Below, piece after piece: positions 7,666 to 17,098 of a stretch of 32,000 bases of DNA. A model generated the notes under the pieces. That model searched no databases. It was given only the letters and a program-made list of their open reading frames with translations, and was not told where the DNA came from. The translations under genes and the position numbers were made by a program. The stretch comes from Nitrosospira multiformis ATCC 25196 (GTDB lineage: Bacteria; Pseudomonadota; Gammaproteobacteria; Burkholderiales; Nitrosomonadaceae). The stretch spans positions 2,220,001 to 2,252,000 of the forward strand of contig NC_007614.1 of NCBI RefSeq assembly GCF_000196355.1. Direction: 5' to 3'. Numbering within the stretch: position 1 is the stretch's first letter; each line of letters starts with the position of its first letter.

Positions 7666-8706
7666 TCAGGGGAGGGAAACGTTCCCTTTTTTCGGAATGA
7701 GCACTGCCGCGCCTGTCAGCTTTCCTTCCCGCAATCTTGTCAAAGCCGTATTCGCTTCGCCGAGCGGAAAGGATTCCGTAGTCACGTGGATTGGCACTTG
7801 CGCTGCCAGCTTTAAAAATTCCTCACCATCCTGACGGGTAAGATTGGCAACGGAAACCAGACGTTTTTCCCGCCACAGGATGTCATAAGGAAAAGCGGGA
7901 ATGTCACTCATGTGAATTCCTCCGCAGACGACGATTCCACCGGGACAAACAGCGCGCAGAGCGATAGGCACAAGAGCTCCTGCCGGAGCGAAGATGATCG
8001 CCGCATCGAGTTCTTCCGGGGGCATCGTATCCGAACTGCCCACCCAGTCTGCGCCCATCTTGTGGGCGAATTCCTGGGCGGCCGCATCACCGGGGCGTGT
8101 AAATGCAAAAAGTCTGCACCCTTGATAATGCAGAATTTGAGCGACAATGTGGGCGGCGGCGCCAAAGCCGTAGATACCTACCCGTTCGGCATTGCCGGTC
8201 ATCTTGAGCGCGCGGTAGCCGATCAATCCGGCGCACAGCAGCGGGGCAGCTTCCAGGTCGCTATAACGGTCCGGAATGCGAAAACAATAGCGGGCGTCTG
8301 CGACCGTATATTCCGCGTAACCGCCGTCGATCTGATAACCGGTGAATCTGGCATTCGGGCACAGGTTTTCCCGTCCCTCGAGACAATAGCGGCAATGACC
8401 GCATGTCCAGCCCAGCCAGGGAATACCGATCCTGTCTCCCACTGCGAAATCCCGAACATCCGCTCCGCGTGCAATTACGCGTCCAACGATTTCATGCCCC
8501 GGGATAATAGGCAGTTTCGGATGAGGCAGTTCACCGTCCACTACGTGCAGGTCGGTGCGGCAGACTGCACACGCTGCAATCTCGATCAATAACTGATCAG
8601 GACCCGGCCGGGGGCGCGGGATACGGCGCACTTGAACCTTTTCTCGGGGCGCATCCAGCACCATTGCCTGCATCAAGCCATCTTGGTTTTGCATGGCCAT
8701 TCTCAA
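7666..8706 (-). CDS. Zinc-dependent alcohol dehydrogenase family protein
   Basis: GHEIVG and the structural zinc cysteines CGHCRYCLEGRENLC are present, as is the Rossmann motif GIYGFGAAAH. The start is uncertain: TTG 8706, ATG 8700 or ATG 8673. Confidence 0.9.
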   Translation of the reverse strand: MRMAMQNQDGLMQAMVLDAPREKVQVRRIPRPRPGPDQLLIEIAACAVCRTDLHVVDGELPHPKLPIIPGHEIVGRVIARGADVRDFAVGDRIGIPWLGWTCGHCRYCLEGRENLCPNARFTGYQIDGGYAEYTVADARYCFRIPDRYSDLEAAPLLCAGLIGYRALKMTGNAERVGIYGFGAAAHIVAQILHYQGCRLFAFTRPGDAAAQEFAHKMGADWVGSSDTMPPEELDAAIIFAPAGALVPIALRAVCPGGIVVCGGIHMSDIPAFPYDILWREKRLVSVANLTRQDGEEFLKLAAQVPIHVTTESFPLGEANTALTRLREGKLTGAAVLIPKKGNVSLP

Positions 8707-8719
8707 AAAAACAGAAAGC

Positions 8720-9829
8720 TCAAGATGCTGAACCTCCCCCTACAGTAGCAGTTCTATCGACCCAATGTGGTGGCACAAGGATGCGTCCCTTCAAGCCCAT
8801 GCTTGAATAATCTTGCAGCACCGCTTCGGAAATCTGATGCAAGGACTCCGGCTTGCATAAGGCGACGCACGCGCCTCCAAAGCCTGCTCCTGTCAAGCGC
8901 GCTCCATAAACATCAGGATGAGCCTGAAGCAGGGTCACCAATTGATCAAGTTGGGGAACCGAGACCTCATAATCGTCGCGCAAACTGGTATGGGATGCGT
9001 TCATCAGCATCCCGAACTCCGCGGCGTTGTTGCATTCCGCCGCCCGCAGCACGCGCGCGTTCTCGCTTACGATATGGCGTACCCGGCGGCCCAGCGGCTC
9101 AGGCAAAGCGTCCGCCAGTGAAATGTCATGGACTTCGCGAAGTGATTGCACTCCAAGTTGATGTGCCGCCTCTTCACACTCTGTCCGGCGCTGATTGTAA
9201 CCGCTTGTCGCAAGCGTGCGGACAACGCCTGAATCAAGTACCAGCACAGCCGAAGCAGGCGGTAAGGGAACCAGGCGCCGCTCAAGCGTAAGGGTATCCA
9301 GCAGCAAGGCCTCTCTGGTTCCCGCAAGGCTCGATGCCATCTGATCCATGATGCCACAGCGCACTCCTGCGTACTGGATTTCTGCGCGCTGAGCAAGTTG
9401 TGCGATTTGCACATCATCCAGGGGGAAACCGGTCAGCGCACGCAGGACTCGCAACGTCGCTACCTCAAGCGCTGCACTGGAGGATAGCCCTGCTCCCATC
9501 GGCACATCTGATTGAATGTAGATATCCAGCACCGGCACCTTCATCCCAACCGCGCGAGCTTCCATCAAACATCCATATACGTAGGTGGCGAAGTGCTCAG
9601 TTGGAGATTTGCCGAGAGTAAAGTAAACGATGTCATCGAGCATTTCCGAATACAATGCGTATTGCTTGCTGTTGCTATGGCTCATGCTGACACTCGTCTG
9701 CTGCTCGATTGCAATCGGCAGTACATAACCTCCGTTGTAGTCAGTATGCTCTCCCAGCAGGTTAACGCGGCCTGGGGCGCGTGCCACAAACTCAGGCGAA
9801 TCTCCAAATACAGACTCGAAACTGCTCAC
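8720..9829 (-). CDS. galK: Galactokinase
   Basis: The galactokinase signature GRVNLLGEHTDYNGG and the GHMP motif PMGAGLSSSAA are present. The GTG start has GGAGG 5 nt upstream. Confidence 0.93.
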   Translation of the reverse strand: MSSFESVFGDSPEFVARAPGRVNLLGEHTDYNGGYVLPIAIEQQTSVSMSHSNSKQYALYSEMLDDIVYFTLGKSPTEHFATYVYGCLMEARAVGMKVPVLDIYIQSDVPMGAGLSSSAALEVATLRVLRALTGFPLDDVQIAQLAQRAEIQYAGVRCGIMDQMASSLAGTREALLLDTLTLERRLVPLPPASAVLVLDSGVVRTLATSGYNQRRTECEEAAHQLGVQSLREVHDISLADALPEPLGRRVRHIVSENARVLRAAECNNAAEFGMLMNASHTSLRDDYEVSVPQLDQLVTLLQAHPDVYGARLTGAGFGGACVALCKPESLHQISEAVLQDYSSMGLKGRILVPPHWVDRTATVGGGSAS

Positions 9830-9926
9830 CCCGCCTCCATAAAATCCGGGTTGCGTTGCCTGTCTCTCCGATTTCGAGCCTCAAAGCAAATTCCGGATCG
9901 ATTGCCGGAAGAACGGCGGAATATAT

Positions 9927-11009
9927 TCATTCGACAGTAACCTCTACCTGCTGAAGCTCGCGCGCTTTTTCCTCAGGCAACGCGTCCATCGCAAAGAAGC
10001 CTGCTGCAATTTCAGTTCCTGCAAGATATTTGAGCCGCTCACGGGTGCGATAGGGGGGGTAGAATTCTGCGTGCAGGTGCGCTTCGGGATGGGCTTTTCC
10101 ATCAACCGGGGCCTGGTACCACGCCATCAGGTAGGGAAAAGGCCTCTGCCAGAGGCCATCATACTTGAGCAGAACCGTTTTCAATGCCCGCGCCAGGTCT
10201 AACCGTTGATCTGGCGTGAGGTGGACAAAGCTTTCAACCGGTTCCGTCGGGGCAAGCCAGACTTCGTACGGATAACGCGCGCATACCGGGACGAAGGCAA
10301 CAGCGTGTTCACCCTCATAAAGCATGCGTACACCCGCCTCCCGCTCCGCGATAATGAAGTCCTGCAGCACCCCACTTCCCCTCGCTTCATAGTAGTGTTG
10401 TGCCTCCTGCTGCATGCGGCTGGGGACAGGCGGCACCAGGGGGTAGGCGTAGATTTGACCATGGGGATGATGCAGCGTTACACCAACCTCCGCACCCCGG
10501 TTCTCGAATGGCAGTACATATGCAATATCCTCTCGCCGCGCCATCACAGCGGTACGCTCTGCCCATACTTCCATCAATAATTCGATGTGAGCGAGCGACA
10601 AGGCACCCAGCGAAGCTTTGGCGTCTTTCGTAAAAACTACTACCTCACAATGCCCTACAGCCGGCGCGCTTGGCACGATAAGCGAGGGAGGGTCTCCTAT
10701 TGGCCCCAGGGACGGGAAACGGTTGTCGAAGACAGCCACATCCCAGTTTCCGGCAGGCACTTCGGTAGGGTGAGACGGATCAGTTGTTATGCCGAGCGGG
10801 TTATATTCAGGGGGTGGCAGGAACGTCCGCCCCTGCCGATACGCTGCATACGTCACCCACTCTCCGCGTAACGGGTGCCATCTGAGGTGAGGATACGCGT
10901 TCAGCGGCTCCGTGAAAGGGCTGGGCGCAACGATATCAGGATTAATAGCCTCCCGGGAATACAGAATCAGCCGACGGCCATCCGGCTTGGTGAGCTCAAG
11001 CGAATACAC
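9927..11009 (-). CDS. galT: Galactose-1-phosphate uridylyltransferase
   Basis: The active-site motif [11 protein letters not shown] (H-x-H-x-Q) is present and the length is 360 aa. The GTG start directly abuts the upstream stop codon (TAG|GTG). Confidence 0.9.
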   Translation of the reverse strand: MYSLELTKPDGRRLILYSREAINPDIVAPSPFTEPLNAYPHLRWHPLRGEWVTYAAYRQGRTFLPPPEYNPLGITTDPSHPTEVPAGNWDVAVFDNRFPSLGPIGDPPSLIVPSAPAVGHCEVVVFTKDAKASLGALSLAHIELLMEVWAERTAVMARREDIAYVLPFENRGAEVGVTLHHPHGQIYAYPLVPPVPSRMQQEAQHYYEARGSGVLQDFIIAEREAGVRMLYEGEHAVAFVPVCARYPYEVWLAPTEPVESFVHLTPDQRLDLARALKTVLLKYDGLWQRPFPYLMAWYQAPVDGKAHPEAHLHAEFYPPYRTRERLKYLAGTEIAAGFFAMDALPEEKARELQQVEVTVE

Positions 11010-12791
11010 CTAAACACCCCCGGGTATATAGGTGGGCGAGATGCGCGTGACGCGGGCGATTTGCTCAATGGGAATCTTGGGAGTACGATCCGCGCACAGC
11101 AGTCCGTTCGCTTCCTGAAAGGTATCGGCAAACTGGGTATAGCAAAAGCCGCTGAAGAGAGCCGTATGAATCACTGTATGCATCAACTCGGCATACATAC
11201 GCGCAAATTCCTCTTCGGCGTGGGCAACAGTATAGCCCCAAGTATGCTCGACGCCGGGTTGCGGGCACTTGGCGAAAGCAATCCCCCCGAATTCGCTTAA
11301 CATGATCGGCTGGCCTCGATGCGGGTAGCCATCAAGGGTGAGAATCCGCCCCCCCGGGCGCCGACGGTCGAACAACTGTTCAGGTTTTATTTCGGCGCCA
11401 TAACGCTGGCGCAGATGTTCAATGTTTGCGTCATAATCGTGAATACCGATGATATCCGTAGCACTGCTTTCCCATCCATCGTTGCCGATTACCGGGCGCG
11501 TCGCATCCAGGGTTTTGGTCAAGTGATATAGTGCCTCGACAGCGTGCCGCTGTTTACGGACCGCGGTAAGTTCCGGTACTCCCCAGGATTCATTGAAAGG
11601 TACCCATACAATGACGCAGGGATGGCTGTAATCCCGCTCGATGGCCTCCGTCCATTCCCGCACCATCCTCTTGATGGCGCTGCGGGTGAAGCGATATGCG
11701 GAAGGCATTTCTTCCCATACCATCAGCCCGAGCCTGTCCGCCCAATAAAGATAGCGCGGGTCCTCTATCTTTTGATGCTTGCGCACCCCGTTGAAGCCCA
11801 TTGCCTTTGCAAGTTCCACATCGCCTCGCAGGGCGTCGTCGCTTGGCGCAGCCAGCAGCGTCTCCGGCCAGTAGCCCTGGTCAAGCACGAGCCTCAGCGT
11901 GTAGGGACGACCGTTCAGCATGAAGCGGTCGCGCAGGATGTTGACGGAACGCATTGCAGTGTAGGAGATGAACTCGTCGACCACCTCCTCGCCCCGCATC
12001 AGTCGTACAACAGCATCGATCAAGGTGGGACGTTCCGGGCTCCATAGCAACTCATTACGAAAATCATCAATTCCAGGGTCAGACAATATGATGACGCGGT
12101 CTACTTCCCGTTCGACTACCCGATAGCGGTCATGCGCGAGCAACTGCTCCCCGTGGCGCAAGCATACGTCTACTGCCAGTTCGTCGGCCTCTTCTCCTAT
12201 TACGCGCGCTTCGAAGCCTATCGCATATATCTCGACCTGGGGCGTCCACCGAATCTTTTCAATGTAATTTTCGGATACCCGCTCGATCCAGACCATCTGC
12301 CAGATGCCAGTGGTACGGGGATACCAGATGGCATGAGGCTCGAGCTGCCAATCCTGCTTTCCACGCGGTTTGGCCAGCTCGTGCGGATCGTCCTCCACCT
12401 GTACCGTCACCTTCTGTTTTCCGGATGGATCGAGCAGAGGGGTGATGTCCCCCCAGAATGGAGTATGCCCCCCTTCGTGGCTGGCGGCAAAACGACCGTT
12501 GACCCATACCTTTGCGGAGTAGTCCACGGCACCGAAATGCAGGATTACCCGCTCCGAGGAGGGCTCGAAATCAAAATCGCGCTCATACCAGCAGAGTGAA
12601 TGAAAACTGCGGTCACCGATTCCGCTTGCCTCGGATTCGGGTGGAAACGGCACGATGATTTCCATCGGCCAGGATTCTATCTGAGAGGGGTGAGTAAAAG
12701 TACGCGCCTCGTCGTAGCGAAAGCGCCAGACTCCGTTGAGCGAGGTCCAATTGGAGCGCTGCATCTGCGGTCGAGGGTGCGCGAACTTCAA
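11010..12791 (-). CDS. Glycoside hydrolase family 2 (beta-galactosidase/beta-glucuronidase-like)
   Basis: 593 aa. The N-terminus is HPRPQMQRSNWTSLNGVWRF. The acid/base motif is FNESWG and the nucleophile region is MLSEFGG. The TTG start has AGGAGG 8 nt upstream. Confidence 0.85.
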   Translation of the reverse strand: MKFAHPRPQMQRSNWTSLNGVWRFRYDEARTFTHPSQIESWPMEIIVPFPPESEASGIGDRSFHSLCWYERDFDFEPSSERVILHFGAVDYSAKVWVNGRFAASHEGGHTPFWGDITPLLDPSGKQKVTVQVEDDPHELAKPRGKQDWQLEPHAIWYPRTTGIWQMVWIERVSENYIEKIRWTPQVEIYAIGFEARVIGEEADELAVDVCLRHGEQLLAHDRYRVVEREVDRVIILSDPGIDDFRNELLWSPERPTLIDAVVRLMRGEEVVDEFISYTAMRSVNILRDRFMLNGRPYTLRLVLDQGYWPETLLAAPSDDALRGDVELAKAMGFNGVRKHQKIEDPRYLYWADRLGLMVWEEMPSAYRFTRSAIKRMVREWTEAIERDYSHPCVIVWVPFNESWGVPELTAVRKQRHAVEALYHLTKTLDATRPVIGNDGWESSATDIIGIHDYDANIEHLRQRYGAEIKPEQLFDRRRPGGRILTLDGYPHRGQPIMLSEFGGIAFAKCPQPGVEHTWGYTVAHAEEEFARMYAELMHTVIHTALFSGFCYTQFADTFQEANGLLCADRTPKIPIEQIARVTRISPTYIPGGV

Positions 12792-12908
12792 TGCATTCTC
12801 CTCCTAAAGCGCTGCATGCTTGCTCGTCATTGGAGACGAGCGGCTACTCAGGTATGACTGATCTGATATCTGATGGGATAGAGGACTACAGGATAAGTAT
12901 AGTAGATA

Positions 12909-12968
12909 GCGACAGTCTCATCGACAATTGGCTTGGTTAACTCTTAGCCTCGATGAATCACTGTCGAC
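12909..12968. repeat. Imperfect inverted repeat (about 14-16 nt arms, about 25-nt spacer) just downstream of the tRNA-Ser 3' end
   Basis: gcgacagtctcatcgac (12909-12925) faces tcgatgaatcactgtcgac (12950-12968). The arms share gacagt..catcga. Confidence 0.6.
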
Positions 12969-12982
12969 TGCTTTGGGTGGGG

Positions 12983-13075
12983 TGGCGGAGAGAGAGGGAT
13001 TCGAACCCTCGATAAGCTTTTTGAGCCTATACTCCCTTAGCAGGGGAGCGCCTTCGACCACTCGGCCATCTCTCC
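12983..13075 (-). tRNA. tRNA-Ser (anticodon GCU)
   Basis: The minus strand reads GGAGAGATGGCCGAGTGGTCGAAGGCGCTCCCCTGCTAAGGGAG...long variable arm...GAGGGTTCGAATCCCTCTCTCTCCGCCA. The cloverleaf is complete, the anticodon loop is CT-GCT-AA, and the CCA is encoded. Confidence 0.95.
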
Positions 13076-13153
13076 AACAAAGCCGCACTAGGATAGCGGT
13101 TTAGAACTCCTGGGTCAAACAAAGGTTATGAAAGGGACCGGTAAGCGGAATAT

Positions 13154-14383
13154 TCATGATATCTGATCGAGTTCGAATACCTTGTGCAAGACACGTACCG
13201 CCAACTCCATGTATTTTTCATCCACGACTACTGAAATCTTGATTTCAGAGGTGGAGATCATCTGGATATTGATGCCCTCTTCGGCCAGCGTACGGAACAT
13301 TCTGCTGGCAATGCCCACATGCGAACGCATGCCGACGCCCACTACCGAGACTTTCGCGATTCTGTCGCCTCCGATCACACCCCGGGCACCGATATGAGGC
13401 TGCACCTGATTTTTCAGGATATCCATCGTTCTCGCAAATTCATTGCGATTCACGGTAAATGAAAAATCGGTCATGCCATCGTGGCCGACATTCTGGATGA
13501 TCATGTCTACATCGATATTTGCCTCCGCCACGGGACCGAGAATCTGATAGGCGATACCGGGACGGTCCGGCACACCCAGCACCGTAATCTTGGCTTCGTC
13601 ACGATTGAATGCGATGCCTGAAATAATCGCCCGTTCCATGTTTTTCTCTTCCTCGAAAGTGATGAGGGTACCTTCTCCTTCTTCCTCGAAACTGGAGAGC
13701 ACCCGCAATTTAACCTTGTATTTACCCGCGAACTCCACCGCGCGGATTTGCAGCACCTTGGAACCGAGGCTTGCCATTTCAAGCATTTCTTCAAAGGTAA
13801 CAGTCTTGAGTTTGCGCGCTTCGGGCACAATTCGGGGATCGGTCGTGTAAACTCCGTCTACATCCGTATAGATCTGGCATTCATCCGCCTTGAGCGCTGC
13901 CGCGAGGGCCACAGCCGTGGTGTCGGAACCTCCCCGGCCCAATGTTGTGATACTCCCCGCCTCGTCCACTCCCTGAAAGCCCGCTACTGCCACCACGTAT
14001 CCCGCATCGAGATCGGCGCGTATCCTGTCTTCATCGATTTTGAGTATGCGCGCCTTGGTATAGGCACTATCGGTGTGAATGCGCACCTGGGCACCGGTGT
14101 AGCTCTTCGCCTTGATGCCCAGATCCATCAGCGCCATTGACAGCAGAGCGACAGAAACCTGCTCCCCGGTGGAAACCATGACATCCAGCTCCCGGGGATC
14201 CGGATGGGCCTGGAATTCCCGGGCCAGCGCAATAAGACGATTTGTCTCTCCGCTCATGGCGGATACCACGACCACCACCCGATCGCCCCGGGCCTGGAAT
14301 CTCGCCACCCGGCGCGCAACATTCTTGATGCGCTCCGTGCTGCCCACCGATGTGCCGCCGTATTTTTGAACGATAAATGTCAC
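13154..14383 (-). CDS. lysC: Aspartate kinase
   Basis: [11 protein letters not shown] lies at the N-terminus and ACT domains at the C-terminus. I placed the start at GTG 14383 ([10 protein letters not shown]), which is typical for the family. The ORF-track TTG at 14422 would add 13 aa. Confidence 0.93.
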   Translation of the reverse strand: MTFIVQKYGGTSVGSTERIKNVARRVARFQARGDRVVVVVSAMSGETNRLIALAREFQAHPDPRELDVMVSTGEQVSVALLSMALMDLGIKAKSYTGAQVRIHTDSAYTKARILKIDEDRIRADLDAGYVVAVAGFQGVDEAGSITTLGRGGSDTTAVALAAALKADECQIYTDVDGVYTTDPRIVPEARKLKTVTFEEMLEMASLGSKVLQIRAVEFAGKYKVKLRVLSSFEEEGEGTLITFEEEKNMERAIISGIAFNRDEAKITVLGVPDRPGIAYQILGPVAEANIDVDMIIQNVGHDGMTDFSFTVNRNEFARTMDILKNQVQPHIGARGVIGGDRIAKVSVVGVGMRSHVGIASRMFRTLAEEGINIQMISTSEIKISVVVDEKYMELAVRVLHKVFELDQIS

Positions 14384-14755
14384 GATAACCTGCTTAACTG
14401 GGAATGGCAAAGCCGTGGACAAAATGCCATATGTCGGATCAATTCAGGGGATTAAAGTCCTGGCATGGATATTGTGTTCGAATTTTACCTTATTACCGGA
14501 AAGAAAACCCGAGAACCTTTACAGAAGCTTTTTCCAGGTTCCATGATATGCAAAATGATAAAAGGGAATATCCCAGGATATTGACGTAGGTCAAATGCAG
14601 GGCCTGGAGTCGTTCCATTCAGGGAAAACCTGATTGATTCAGGGGTTTCTTAATACTTGCATAGAATAAAAAAACAAATTAAATTTATGTATGTGCAATA
14701 CTCCTATAACATAAAAGCGCGTCTATTCTAACTCCATAACCTGTCGGGATGCCCC

Positions 14756-15043
14756 ATGAAACTCTTCGAAGAAATATCCAATCCTCGTGAAATTCGGCGC
14801 AAGCTGGGTCTCAATCAGCATGATTTCTGGAGCAAGGTCGGCGTCACCCAAAGCGGCGGCTCCCGTTATGAGAGTGGACGAAATATGCCTAGGCCGGTAA
14901 GGGAACTGGTACGGCTGGTGCATATCGAGCATATCGATCTTTCCAAGATCAAGAAAGACGATCTCGCGGTTGCGGCCTTGCTGAAAAGCAAGGATCCCGA
15001 GCTGTACAAGAGTCTGAAGAAAGCCTCCAAGGCCAAGCAGTAG
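14756..15043 (+). CDS. XRE-family helix-turn-helix protein (95 aa)
   Basis: REIRRKLGLNQHDFWSKVGVTQSGGSRYESGRNMP matches the XRE/Cro HTH pattern. The C-terminal tail is lysine-rich. An AT-rich promoter-like region lies upstream (TTGCAT-17-TAAATT around 14658-14686). Confidence 0.75.
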   Translation: MKLFEEISNPREIRRKLGLNQHDFWSKVGVTQSGGSRYESGRNMPRPVRELVRLVHIEHIDLSKIKKDDLAVAALLKSKDPELYKSLKKASKAKQ

Positions 15044-15111
15044 GGACAATACCGGAGACCTGTCCAGATCACTGCTCAAGCTTCATCGGAGAATCAGGAA
15101 GGAGAAATCAG

Positions 15112-15915
15112 CTATGGATTCAGCTTTACAGCGAGTCCCCGGCGTCTTATTTGTTCCGAAAATGCCTCCATCCACTCCTGCCTGATCTTCGTCAGCCGAG
15201 AGGCTTCCGGCTGCAAGGATGGACGCGCAAGACCGTACAGAAGCACCCCTTCGAGTGCTCCCCCCTCGCTCAGAAATTCCTCGATAAATCTCAAATACGC
15301 TTCAGATTCATTTCTGGAAGGTGGCATTCCGTCGATCTGAAATACACAGGTCTGCAACCATGTAGGGCACAGGGATGCGGACAGTTGCAGATTCCTGCGC
15401 ATCTTTTTCAAACTCATGCGCGTGTTATTGATCAGCTGCCTTCCTTCACGGGTAACGCTGTCCAGCTTGAACCATACTTCGCCATTGAGGGTTGCCATCC
15501 GGCTCAACCCGCGCTGGACACTGTCGCGATCTATCAGACTGCCATTTGTGATCAATACCAGCTTAAGCGCTTCGGGCAGCTCGAAATCGGCTTTTACCCG
15601 TCCGAGCAGTTCGATGACCTGCTCGAATTCCCTGGCGCTGGTCGACTCGCCATTGCCGGATAAAGCGATATCATGGAGATGTCTTGCCTCAGCAGGTACC
15701 TGTCTTTGCATGAAATCGCCATATACGATTTCGTGCAACAAAGCCCGCAACTCGGCTTCAAGTTTTGCCAGGTCAATCGCGGGGGCAGTGCCTCGCGAGA
15801 GATTCGGCACCTGACAGTAGATGCAACGCCAGTTACATGCATTGTTCGGATTAAGATTGATTCCGATCGACACACCGCCGGCACGACGCGAAATAACGGG
15901 ATAAACATAGGTCAT
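15112..15915 (-). CDS. Radical SAM protein of unassigned function; not QueE-like by its N-terminus
   Basis: MTYVYPVISRRAGGVSIGINLNPNNACNWRCIYCQV carries the CxxxCxxC cluster motif at residues 29-36. I chose the start at Met 15915. ORF-track 16044 would overlap queD. Confidence 0.8.
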   Translation of the reverse strand: MTYVYPVISRRAGGVSIGINLNPNNACNWRCIYCQVPNLSRGTAPAIDLAKLEAELRALLHEIVYGDFMQRQVPAEARHLHDIALSGNGESTSAREFEQVIELLGRVKADFELPEALKLVLITNGSLIDRDSVQRGLSRMATLNGEVWFKLDSVTREGRQLINNTRMSLKKMRRNLQLSASLCPTWLQTCVFQIDGMPPSRNESEAYLRFIEEFLSEGGALEGVLLYGLARPSLQPEASRLTKIRQEWMEAFSEQIRRRGLAVKLNP

Positions 15916-15988
15916 CCCGGTTATATCGCGGCTATGATCTGCTACATCCAATCGTTTGGAAATTTGCTGCAATGCTACAATCCCGATA

Positions 15989-16438
15989 ATGTTGATTACA
16001 CGCAGGCTGGAATTCGACGCCGGCCATCGTATACCTTCCCACAAGAGCCAGTGCCGGCATCTGCACGGCCATCGTTACGCCATAGAAATTACCCTGTCAG
16101 GCGAAATTATCACTGAGCCTGGCATCTCCGAGCAAGGCATGGTCATGGATTATTCGGAGGTCAAACGCATTGCGAAAGAAGTGCTGGTGGATAAATGGGA
16201 CCATGCGTTCCTTGCCTATGCGGAAGACCACAAGTTGCTGGAATTCCTCCAATCCCTCGAAGACCACAAAACCGTGGTGCTGGATACGCCCCCCACGGCG
16301 GAAAACCTGGCTCTGACCGCTTTCTACATACTCGATGAAGCATATCAGGATCGCTATGGCAATCATCTAAGGCTGGAGCAAGTGCGCCTGTTCGAAACCC
16401 CCAACTGCTGGGCGGATGCGGTGCGAGGACAACCCTGA
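15989..16438 (+). CDS. queD: 6-carboxy-5,6,7,8-tetrahydropterin synthase (6-pyruvoyl-tetrahydropterin synthase family)
   Basis: MLITRRLEFDAGHRIPSHKSQCRHLHGHRY carries the zinc-binding His residues and the C-x3-H-G-H motif characteristic of QueD. Confidence 0.85.
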   Translation: MLITRRLEFDAGHRIPSHKSQCRHLHGHRYAIEITLSGEIITEPGISEQGMVMDYSEVKRIAKEVLVDKWDHAFLAYAEDHKLLEFLQSLEDHKTVVLDTPPTAENLALTAFYILDEAYQDRYGNHLRLEQVRLFETPNCWADAVRGQP

Positions 16439-16621
16439 TTGTTCCCCTATCCCATGTCACCTGTTTGATGATGATCACAACATGGCAATAACCGGAACAG
16501 GCATTTATGAAATCAAGAGGATTGAGACTACCGGTTTTGAAGGCGGGGAATCTTCTCTTCGTTGCAACCGCACATGCTTTTTTTGCTAACATGACATGGC
16601 GAGTAACCACTGAGGATTGAA

Positions 16622-17098
16622 ATGCTGAATCAACCCGTTCCCGATTTTGAACTTCCTTCGACCAGTAATAAGACATTTCGTTTATCCGCAACCCGTGAAA
16701 AGAACCTGGTCATCTATTTCTATCCAAAGGATGATACGCCGGGATGCACCACCGAAGGCCAGGAATTCCGGGATGCTTACACCGAATTTACCGATGCCGA
16801 TTGCGACATAGTGGGTATTTCGCGTGACAACATCAAGTCTCATGAGAAATTCAAGGCAAAAATGAATTTTCCGTTCGAATTGCTGAGCGACACGGACGAG
16901 ACGGTTTGCAACCTGTTCGGGGTGATGAAGATGAAAAACATGTACGGTAAGCAGGTTCGTGGCATCGATCGGAGCACATTCGTGGTCGACACCAAAGGGA
17001 TACTCCGGCGCGAATGGCGAAGTGTCAAAGTGACGGGGCATGTCCAGGAAGTCCTGGAGTTTGTGAAAACCCTGCCCAACGAGAATCATGAGTCCTAG
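16622..17098 (+). CDS. bcp: Thiol peroxidase / peroxiredoxin Bcp
   Basis: The sequence FYPKDDTPGCTTEG and a length of 158 aa fit the family. Confidence 0.9.
   Translation: MLNQPVPDFELPSTSNKTFRLSATREKNLVIYFYPKDDTPGCTTEGQEFRDAYTEFTDADCDIVGISRDNIKSHEKFKAKMNFPFELLSDTDETVCNLFGVMKMKNMYGKQVRGIDRSTFVVDTKGILRREWRSVKVTGHVQEVLEFVKTLPNENHES

Noticed and set aside
7668-7695. The + strand hairpin gggaa-acg-ttccc followed by T6 looks like a terminator.
   Set aside because: It lies inside the last codons of the minus-strand adh gene (…KKGNVSLP*), and no + strand gene lies upstream. It is probably a coincidence of coding sequence.
7912-8592. A 226-aa ORF lies antisense to the alcohol dehydrogenase. Similar antisense ORFs are 21876-22586 (rlmB), 11544-12599 (GH2), 8767-9291 (galK) and 17873-18388 (phoH-like).
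   Set aside because: These are shadow frames of GC-rich coding sequence. The sense-strand proteins carry clear catalytic motifs and the antisense ones carry none.
14384-14755. I looked for a lysine riboswitch or leader peptide upstream of lysC.
   Set aside because: I could not find the conserved L-box core features or a Lys-rich leader ORF by eye. This cannot be excluded without a covariance-model scan.
16482-16589. A 35-codon ORF ends in CNRTCFFC (CxxxCxxC spacing) between queD and bcp, which could be a RiPP-like precursor near a radical SAM gene.
   Set aside because: It has no Shine-Dalgarno sequence. It overlaps the likely bcp promoter, lies on the opposite strand from the radical SAM gene and is separated from it by queD. 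It is most likely spurious.
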